Assembly (NCBI GenBank): GCA_965216565.1
Contig: OZ244170.1
Location: 2,560,001-2,624,000 of the forward strand
Length of the DNA stretch: 64,000 bases
Origin: Bythopirellula sp.
GTDB lineage: Bacteria > Planctomycetota > Planctomycetia > Pirellulales > Lacipirellulaceae
Reading direction: 5' to 3'
Shown: positions 57,146-64,000 of the stretch, one piece after another
Position numbering within the stretch: position 1 is the stretch's first letter
How the letters are laid out: each line of letters begins with the position of its first letter
The notes under the pieces: model-generated
What the model saw: only the letters and a program-made list of their open reading frames with translations
Databases searched by the model: none
What the model was told of the DNA's origin: nothing
Translations under genes and position numbers: made by a program

Positions 57146-57733
57146 ATGGCAGAATCACCAGAACCCAATACCGATGCAGCGGATAGCGTAGCCCCGCCCA
57201 AAAAGCCAGGTTTGATGACACTGGTCAAAGCTGTGGCGTTCATTTCGGTGATCGTTCTCATCGAAATTGCATGTGCCTCGATGTTCTTCCCCTCTGAAGA
57301 AGAGACTGAGATCATTGCCGAGAAGTTAGCGGCGGCTGAGGCGGCGAAGGACCCTGAGCTGATGGAGGGTACCGAAACGGAAGAGGAAGATGCCGGTACG
57401 ATTGCCATGCGAGATATGCGAGAGGTACCTCTCGGGTCCTACCATGTGCCCACCTACAATCAGAAAACAGGTACAAGCCTGAACGTCGATTTCGAACTCT
57501 ACGGCACTGTGCTAGCAGACGAAGAGAGTGAGTTCTTTCATCTGTACGAGGCAAATCAGGTTCGCATCCGAGAGCAAGTTTTGGTAACTATCCGAAGTTC
57601 GGAACTTACTGATCTCACCGACTCGGGGTTGGGCTTGATCAAACGCAAGATTTTGGAGAAAACCAATCGAGCCCTAGGCAAACCGCTGCTGCACGAGGCA
57701 GTGTTTAGCGAATATTCATTCATTGAACGCTAA
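57146..57733 (+). CDS. fliL: FliL
   Basis: Single TM, IREQVL, LIKRKILEKTN..LG...VFSEY. Confidence 0.85.
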   Translation: MAESPEPNTDAADSVAPPKKPGLMTLVKAVAFISVIVLIEIACASMFFPSEEETEIIAEKLAAAEAAKDPELMEGTETEEEDAGTIAMRDMREVPLGSYHVPTYNQKTGTSLNVDFELYGTVLADEESEFFHLYEANQVRIREQVLVTIRSSELTDLTDSGLGLIKRKILEKTNRALGKPLLHEAVFSEYSFIER

Positions 57734-57826
57734 CCTAGAAAGCTCACGAAAGATCCACATCGTCGCAAGGAAGACACCGGGCGAAGAGCAAACTAACACT
57801 ACTCCTATTTGCTGAATGGAAATGCC

Positions 57827-58408
57827 ATGGCGGGCGAATCCGAAAATCTCGAACAAGACGATATCGAAGCACTCTTAAATGAAGGTCAAGACGAGGCCGC
57901 GCAGACGGAAGAGTCGCCTGCGGCAGTTTCGGACCAGGCGCCTAGCTTAGGTGCTGAGGCAGCGGGCGGTGCACCGAATGTTCAGCCAGCCTCGGACGGG
58001 GGTGCCGTTACGCAGAGTGATATCGAGCTGCTACTGAACAAGGCGGAGCAGGCCCTCGATTCCATCGACAACGCCGACCAAGATCCGTCGACGCTGCCAG
58101 CCGGTATCAAATCCTTCGAATTCGAGCCATTCTCTGGGACCGCCGCCAACAAAGAGTCGGCCACTCTGGAATTGATGAGCGATGTTCAGCTTGATATGAC
58201 AATCGAGCTAGGACGAACGCACATGCAGCTAGAAGACGTGCTGAAGCTCAAGCAAGGCTCCGTGGTGCCGCTGGATAAATTGGCTGGCGATCCTGCTGAT
58301 ATTTACGTGAACGGTCGCCTCGTTGCTCGGGGTGAAGTGCTCGTACTCAACGACAACTTCTGCATTCGCGTTGCAGAGCTTGTCGTCGGCGAATCTGCTT
58401 GTGCTTAG
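57827..58408 (+). CDS. fliN: Switch protein FliN with N-terminal extension
   Basis: SpoA domain IELGRT...LDKLAGDP..IYVNGRLVARGEV. Confidence 0.92.
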   Translation: MAGESENLEQDDIEALLNEGQDEAAQTEESPAAVSDQAPSLGAEAAGGAPNVQPASDGGAVTQSDIELLLNKAEQALDSIDNADQDPSTLPAGIKSFEFEPFSGTAANKESATLELMSDVQLDMTIELGRTHMQLEDVLKLKQGSVVPLDKLAGDPADIYVNGRLVARGEVLVLNDNFCIRVAELVVGESACA

Positions 58409-58448
58409 TGCTAGTGATTAGTCGTCGCCGCGAGCATGCACTTTCCAA

Positions 58449-58522
58449 TAGCCGGACCGCCACTGTCTATCCGCTGTGGTGGGCGGTCCGCCGCGCTCCG
58501 GAGGCAGGTGTGCCTCCGGCTA
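58449..58522. repeat. Palindromic repeat family B copy 2
   Basis: TAGCCGGACCGCCAC...GCGGTCCGCCG...CGGAGGCAGGTGTGCCTCCGGCTA. Confidence 0.8.
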
Positions 58523-58781
58523 TCTGTGTGAACTCCGATTCAATTTCGCCATGCTGCGATAGCGCTTCCACCTCTTTGTGCTAGCACCTACCCGCAGGAT
58601 CTTTTTGACACGACGCTTCGTTGCACTCAGAAGTTGCCCGTTACTCTGCTAGCAGTCTGGGCATCTGTGGAATTGGCCTGTCGTCGTGCACTGGATATTT
58701 CCTATAAGCCGCATTGCGCAATTCCGCGCTAAACGTCCCTGGGGCGTTCGACGATCACTCCTCCGTCAGTTTGTTGCGGCC

Positions 58782-59585
58782 ATGCTCCAAAAACGCATTG
58801 CTAGTTCTACGAAACTCGCCGTCCCAGTTCTGGCTATTTTCTTAGCTGGCTGTTGGATTCCCTGCGCAATCGGTCAATCGACTCCCCCGACTCAGCGATT
58901 ACCAGGACAGCCGTTAATCGAATGGCACGCCGAGCCCAAGGCCTCGACGAACGCTGCGAGTGGGAGCACGGAGTTGACGGCTCCCCGATTTGACCCAACC
59001 GTTATCCCTGCGGCTCACTTGGCTGCAGATAAGCCTAACTCTTCTCCACAGAATCAGACCGCAGCGGAAAAGCCTGCCGACCCTCGACGGCTAGCGCCTT
59101 TCTCTGGAGTCCGCCCCCTAGACATCCCAGGCAGCCAGAACAAAGCCAATCTACTGGAAGATTCGCTTCCTCAAGTGGGATCGATGACGACTGCCGGTGC
59201 GGGACTGGCCATTGTCGTGGGATTGTTCCTGCTTTGTGCTTGGTTGTTCCGCAAGAGTGGCCCCAAACCCACAACTCCGCTGCCCAAAGATGCGGTTGCC
59301 GTCCTGGGGAGAGTTCCCCTGGCGAGCAATCACTTCGCCCACCTATTGAAGCTGGGAAACAAGCTAGTGTTGGTCTCGGTGAGTCCCGATAGCGTGTCGA
59401 CCCTTGCCGAAGTAAGCGACCCCGTGGAAGTGCAGAACCTCATGGCGCTCTGCATGCGGAACCATCAGCAAAGCACAACGGCCGAATTCCACCAGGTGCT
59501 GGAGCAACTTGCCGGCGAGCCAGCTCGCGGTTTTCTCGACACACCAGCAGCAGGTGCAACTCCGATTCGTCCAGGACGAACTTAA
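58782..59585 (+). CDS. fliO: FliO/FliZ
   Basis: Signal-like N-terminus, TM, VLGRVPL...LLKLGNKLVLVSV; precedes fliP. Start uncertain. Confidence 0.8.
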   Translation: MLQKRIASSTKLAVPVLAIFLAGCWIPCAIGQSTPPTQRLPGQPLIEWHAEPKASTNAASGSTELTAPRFDPTVIPAAHLAADKPNSSPQNQTAAEKPADPRRLAPFSGVRPLDIPGSQNKANLLEDSLPQVGSMTTAGAGLAIVVGLFLLCAWLFRKSGPKPTTPLPKDAVAVLGRVPLASNHFAHLLKLGNKLVLVSVSPDSVSTLAEVSDPVEVQNLMALCMRNHQQSTTAEFHQVLEQLAGEPARGFLDTPAAGATPIRPGRT

Positions 59586-59612
59586 ACACATCCGATAAGA
59601 GTCAACGGCGGC

Positions 59613-60464
59613 GTGAAAACAATCCCACTATCCTTAGCAACATTACTATGTGTCTTCATGACACTAGGTAGCGGTACGGCACTAGCCCAATCGGCAGTGT
59701 CGCCCACGGGGATTGGTGGATCTATCTTGCCAGAGTCGCTCGGAGGCCCCGAGCAATGGACCAGCCCTGAAGGGCTGTCTTCCACACTGCAAGTGATGTT
59801 GCTGCTGACGGTGATTAGCCTGGCTCCTGCCGTGCTGCTAATGACCACCAGTTTTATTCGCATCCTGGTAGTACTGGGACTATTGCGGCAGGCGCTTGGA
59901 ACGCAACAATTACCGCCCAGCCAAGTGATTACGTCCATTGCCTTGTTTATGACGGTGTTGTTGATGACGCCCGTGTGGACGGAGGTCTACGACGAGGCAA
60001 TCAAACCCTACACCGATAAAGAAATCAGCTTAGAAGTGGCTTGGCAACGCGGAACACTGCCAGTGCGCAAGTTCATGGCCCAGCAAATTCGCCGGGCGGA
60101 GAACGATGACGACGTCTATCTTTTTTTGCAGTACATGCCAGGCGAGTACGATTCGGAGTCGGGCGAATTGCCCGATTACGCCTACTTCGATCCTGAGGAA
60201 GGTGAAAGAATCGTCCCGTTGCAGGCATTACTACCCGCCTACATGCTTAGTGAGTTGAAGACCGCATTCTTGATCGGCTTCCAAGTTTATTTGCCATTTG
60301 TGATTCTCGACATCGTCGTTGCCAGCGTCACAATTTCGATGGGCATGTTGATGTTGCCCCCCGTCTTGATATCGCTCCCCTTCAAACTGCTACTCTTCGT
60401 ATTGGTGGATGGGTGGCGGTTAGTGGTGCAGATGTTGCTCGAGAGTTTCCAACTCGTCAGTTGA
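59613..60464 (+). CDS. fliP: FliP
   Basis: [40 protein letters not shown]. Confidence 0.97.
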   Translation: MKTIPLSLATLLCVFMTLGSGTALAQSAVSPTGIGGSILPESLGGPEQWTSPEGLSSTLQVMLLLTVISLAPAVLLMTTSFIRILVVLGLLRQALGTQQLPPSQVITSIALFMTVLLMTPVWTEVYDEAIKPYTDKEISLEVAWQRGTLPVRKFMAQQIRRAENDDDVYLFLQYMPGEYDSESGELPDYAYFDPEEGERIVPLQALLPAYMLSELKTAFLIGFQVYLPFVILDIVVASVTISMGMLMLPPVLISLPFKLLLFVLVDGWRLVVQMLLESFQLVS

Positions 60465-60501
60465 CGAATCGGCACCCATGCCATTGAGGAGAGCTGAACC
60501 C

Positions 60502-60768
60502 GTGTCACCCGAAGATGCAGTTGAATTAGGTCGACAGGCATTGATGATCGCTACTCTTGTGGCGGCACCTATTCTGCTAGCAGGCCTAGTGACCGGTTTG
60601 GTGATTGGGCTCATGCAAGCGCTCACGCAAATTCAGGAACAAACCGTTGCCTTCGTGCCGAAGCTAATCGCGATGGTTCTGGCGTTGGCCTTCGCCCTGC
60701 CCTGGATTCTGGCCAGACTCCTGGAATACTCCGAGACCCTGATCACAAACATACCCAACACCATTTAG
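60502..60768 (+). CDS. fliQ: FliQ
   Basis: QALTQIQEQTVAFVPK; GTG start after GAGGAG. Confidence 0.95.
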   Translation: MSPEDAVELGRQALMIATLVAAPILLAGLVTGLVIGLMQALTQIQEQTVAFVPKLIAMVLALAFALPWILARLLEYSETLITNIPNTI

Positions 60769-60819
60769 AAGCAAGGGAGCAGACTGGCAGCGCGTCCGGT
60801 GCTCGCCATCTACCAAACG

Positions 60820-61611
60820 ATGTCGTTTTTGGAATCCCTGCTGCTTAATCAGTTTGCCGTGTTCACTTTGGTACTGGGCCGGGTCGGGGGCTTGATCATG
60901 ACGGCTCCCATCTTTGGGACCCAGGCCGCACCGATGCGGGCAAGAGCTCTGATTGCCCTATCGATCACCTTGCTCATTTCGCCGCCTTTGGCTGCCAATG
61001 CTCCCACGGACATGACCAATCTGGTGATTTACGCCAAGTACATGGTCAACGAAGTGCTGGTCGGTGTGCTACTTGGCTTTGGTATTACGATGCTGCTTTC
61101 GGGCATCCAACTCACCGGGCAGATTGTCAGCCAGCTAAGCGGGACGGCTTTGTCTGACGTTTTTGATGCAACCATTCAAGACAACGTGTCGGTCTTTGCC
61201 CAAGTCTTCTATTTCCTGACGTTGGCGATATTTGTACTTCTCGGCGGTCATCGCATGATGATGGAAGCGCTGTTAGACACGTACCAATGGTTGCCGCCAG
61301 GAGCTGCAACTTTGGGTACAACCTATATCGATGCCCTAACATCGATACTAAGCCAGAGCTTTCTGCTCGGTATTCGTGCGGCCGCTCCGGCCATGACGGC
61401 GCTACTCCTCGCGACCCTCGTGCTAGGGCTCGTCGGGCGTACCCTTCCGCAAATCAATGTGCTGGCCGTCGGCTTTAGTGTGAATGCTTTACTCACCTTG
61501 GGTTGTCTCACACTCAGCATCGGCACGGTCATGTGGGCTTTTCCCCAACAGTGTGCCTCAGCCATCGATTTGCTAAGGCAAGCACTGCACGATTCGGCAC
61601 CCCTAGGTTAG
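60820..61611 (+). CDS. fliR: FliR
   Basis: APIFG, LGGH, GRTLPQINVL; multi-TM. Confidence 0.93.
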   Translation: MSFLESLLLNQFAVFTLVLGRVGGLIMTAPIFGTQAAPMRARALIALSITLLISPPLAANAPTDMTNLVIYAKYMVNEVLVGVLLGFGITMLLSGIQLTGQIVSQLSGTALSDVFDATIQDNVSVFAQVFYFLTLAIFVLLGGHRMMMEALLDTYQWLPPGAATLGTTYIDALTSILSQSFLLGIRAAAPAMTALLLATLVLGLVGRTLPQINVLAVGFSVNALLTLGCLTLSIGTVMWAFPQQCASAIDLLRQALHDSAPLG

Positions 61612-61635
61612 TCCCACAGCGTCTAAGGAAGAATA

Positions 61636-62721
61636 GTGGCTGAACAGTCGGGCGACAAAACGCAAGATGCAACACCGCATCGCCGCCAACAGGCCCGCGA
61701 GAAGGGTCAGGTTGCGTTCAGCCAAGACTTGGGATCCGCTGTGGTCCTAGTGGCCGGCGTATTGCTGCTAAGGATGTGGGGTGGCGCGGTCGTGGATGCT
61801 TCAGGCAAGCTCATGCGGTATCAGCTGGGCACCGTCACTCCCTTGGAAGCCCAACGCGGCGAACTTCTTACACAGGCCCACAATATTGTGGTCATGTTCG
61901 GAACGGCGCTATTGCCTGTTCTCGGACTCTTAGCGGTTTCCGGAATCCTAAGCAGTGTTTTTCAAGTCGGCATACTCTTTGTGCCCGATCGACTCCAGCC
62001 TGATGTTAAGAGGTTAAGCATACTTAGTGGATTGAAGCGCATTTTCTCTATCTCTGGAATTATGCGGCTGAGTTTTGGCATGTTCAAAGTAACGGTGGTC
62101 TCAGTTGTAGCCGCCGCCGTTCTCTATCAGCGCCGCGAGCAAGTGCTCCTGGCAAGTGCGCTTTCTATCAACGAATTGGCCGTACTGATAATCGATACAG
62201 CACTGACCACCGCTCTGTGGGTCGGATTGGCACTGTTTGTCCTCGCGCTGTTCGATTTTGCATTTCAGAAATGGAAACACGAGCAAGACCTGAAAATGAC
62301 ACGTCAGGAAGTGCAAGACGAAATGAAAAACTTGCAAGGCGATCCGCAGGTGATTGCCCGCCGTCGTGCCGTCCAAAGACAACTAGCACTGAACCGAATG
62401 GGCGATACGGTTCCCAAGGCCGACGTGGTGGTCACGAATCCCACAGAACTTGCAGTAGCAATTCAATACGATCCCGAGCAGATGAAGGCCCCGGTTGTCA
62501 TTGCCAAGGGTGCTGGGCTGATTGCTCAACGTATTCGACGCTTAGCGCTCGAAAACAACGTGCCCGTAGTGGAACGCAAACCACTAGCGCAGCTGCTCTA
62601 CAAAGAGGTCGAGATCAATCATCCCGTACCCGACCAAAGCTACGCCGCCGTGGCGGAAGTCTTGGCCTACGTCTACCAGTTGAAGGGCAAGAAACCGCCG
62701 AAGACCAGACTCGCCGCTTAG
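61636..62721 (+). CDS. flhB: FlhB
   Basis: KTQDATPHR..AREKGQV, LKMTRQEVQDE, VTNPTE, APVVIAKG. Confidence 0.96.
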   Translation: MAEQSGDKTQDATPHRRQQAREKGQVAFSQDLGSAVVLVAGVLLLRMWGGAVVDASGKLMRYQLGTVTPLEAQRGELLTQAHNIVVMFGTALLPVLGLLAVSGILSSVFQVGILFVPDRLQPDVKRLSILSGLKRIFSISGIMRLSFGMFKVTVVSVVAAAVLYQRREQVLLASALSINELAVLIIDTALTTALWVGLALFVLALFDFAFQKWKHEQDLKMTRQEVQDEMKNLQGDPQVIARRRAVQRQLALNRMGDTVPKADVVVTNPTELAVAIQYDPEQMKAPVVIAKGAGLIAQRIRRLALENNVPVVERKPLAQLLYKEVEINHPVPDQSYAAVAEVLAYVYQLKGKKPPKTRLAA

Positions 62722-63893
62722 CCGTTCGAAACAGCAGGCTCTGTCTCATAGCCATAGCGTTCAAAATACCCAGCCCAACGCTCGCGCACCTTCTGACGTA
62801 ATCCATCGTCGAGCTGATAGTGATTCTTGCGATAGTTTTTCACGTCGGCTAAGTAATTGGCTATCGCTGGCTCCACCTTGGAAAAATCTCCTAGGTCGAG
62901 TTGATCGTACACTTGCTTCAGCTGACCGATGGGCTCATCGATCAAATCTTCGTAGCGAACATCGATAATCTGGTTGTCGGATAACGACTGGCGATCTTCC
63001 TCCAAAGCAGCATACATCCGCTCGTGACAGCGCAAGACATATTCTTCCAGCCAGTCTAAAGAGCCGAGCGATTGCATGCGCTGCACCTCATGCAGCGACT
63101 TCCAAAGATTCATGGTCGACACGAAAACTTCGTAAGGATTGCGAACGATATGTAAAAACTTGGCGCGGGGAAACATTTCCCGCAAGGTTTTAACCCGCGC
63201 CGTATGAGGAGGCGACTTCACCACAATACGGCGGTTGTCTCGGTAGGCGATTCTGCGAAAAAAGTTGTCGAGCGCATCCCGCCATTGCTGCTGTTCGGCA
63301 GAAGACAATTCCACCAGGTCGAGATACTCTTCGTGTTTAGGGCCCCGTTGGGGAAAAGCCATCGACAAGTACGGAGTACGAATGCCCAGGTTGCCCAGCG
63401 CGAATTCGTCTTCCTGCGGCCGCTGCCAACCCGCAGCCATGTTGTCCATGGGTCGTCGGCTGGGCAACAGGCCTTCGGTCCATGGCTTTACCCAGCTTTC
63501 AGTAAAAATGAAATGATGAGGTGCAAAACACTGATAGGTATTGGGGAACGTGTGCGCCGGATCGCGAATCAGCAATTCGTGTAAGAAAGTGGTTCCCGAT
63601 CGCCAGTGTCCGAGGATAAAGAGAGGCTCCTCGGAAAGTTCCACTTGAGCAACGCGGCGAGAATACAGCAACCGGTCCATCGCAGACAGGCTGCTATTGA
63701 CGCAACTCACGCCGGTGATGCTGAGCAAGGTATGAAGTCTAGTGAAACTGACATCGAACCGGTTTCGAGCCAGCATCGAGATCCAGGCACCCAGTCGCAT
63801 GCCATGCCAAAACCTGGGCGTGTACCAAGGGAGCGGATTCTTCACCACCCGTTCGCGACGCGTCGTCTCCAAGCGTTGGGACATCCGACTCAT
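62718..63893 (-). CDS. Sulfotransferase (PAPS-dependent, Stf3-like family)
   Basis: ILGHWRSGTTFLHELL 5'-PSB, KSPPHT, HIVRNPYEVFVS 3'-PB, VRYEDL. Confidence 0.9.
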   Translation of the reverse strand: MSRMSQRLETTRRERVVKNPLPWYTPRFWHGMRLGAWISMLARNRFDVSFTRLHTLLSITGVSCVNSSLSAMDRLLYSRRVAQVELSEEPLFILGHWRSGTTFLHELLIRDPAHTFPNTYQCFAPHHFIFTESWVKPWTEGLLPSRRPMDNMAAGWQRPQEDEFALGNLGIRTPYLSMAFPQRGPKHEEYLDLVELSSAEQQQWRDALDNFFRRIAYRDNRRIVVKSPPHTARVKTLREMFPRAKFLHIVRNPYEVFVSTMNLWKSLHEVQRMQSLGSLDWLEEYVLRCHERMYAALEEDRQSLSDNQIIDVRYEDLIDEPIGQLKQVYDQLDLGDFSKVEPAIANYLADVKNYRKNHYQLDDGLRQKVRERWAGYFERYGYETEPAVSNG

Positions 63894-63911
63894 ACTGGCT
63901 CTGATTACTCG

Positions 63912-63998
63912 CTAAGGAAGCGGTTGTGTGGAATCGCTTTCCTGGTGTTGTTCAAGTTTGGTAGGGTCCAGCGCATATTCTTCGCGATGGGTGCGCCG
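63912..63998 (-). CDS. Probable 3' end of an upstream gene (partial)
   Basis: Open frame ...RRTHREEYALDPTKLEQHQESDSTQPLP* ending 19 bp before the sulfotransferase start; frame uncertain. Confidence 0.3.
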   Translation of the reverse strand, partial: RRTHREEYALDPTKLEQHQESDSTQPLP

Positions 63999-64000
63999 TG

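Noticed and set aside
59570..59600. TCCGATAA before fliP (and TCCGATAG near 20080) as sigma28 promoters
   Set aside because: No properly spaced TAAA-like -35 element.
62718..63893. Sulfotransferase as a flagellar-modification enzyme
   Set aside because: It is convergent to flhB and belongs to a separate transcription unit; only adjacency supports a link.

Overview
Ordinary-GC bacterial chromosomal segment that looks planctomycete (Pirellulales/Lacipirellulaceae-like). This assignment is inferred from a BBP7-type beta-barrel, an Xis-HTH response regulator and a planctomycete-style pilin-like protein. The left ~28 kb is mixed housekeeping and accessory genes: Ca/Na antiporter (partial), TPR lipoprotein, beta-barrel OMP, a 1,450-aa FHA/coiled-coil membrane protein, DksA/TraR, HtrA, nucleoside hydrolase, trpD, MBL hydrolase, a VapBC-like TA pair, mnmG, an Xis-HTH response regulator plus kinase, NYN nuclease, an atypical pyrB, an ABC permease and a pilin-like gene. 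The right ~35 kb is a large flagellar locus. On the minus strand it carries flhA-flhF-flhG-orf-fliA. On the plus strand it carries hydrolase-like, TPR, flgN-like, kinase and sigma54-activator genes, then flgBC-fliEFGHIJ-orf-fliK-flgDE-flbD-motAB-fliLNOPQR-flhB, ending against a sulfotransferase. No rRNA, tRNA, CRISPR array or transposase was seen, but several families of short palindromic and tandem intergenic repeats are present. Most notable: (1) a 9-bp direct-repeat motif (TACAACCGG-like) upstream of several motility and putative cell-polarity genes, together with a BldC/Xis-like response regulator that could bind it; (2) a shared extra beta-module in both FlgD and FlgE; (3) several degenerate flagellar components (FlhG without P-loop lysines, FliG without torque residues, a catalytically dead hydrolase); (4) a readable sigma54 enhancer/promoter architecture; (5) a twin-hairpin candidate RNA. 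All product calls come from motif recognition by eye; no database searches were run.
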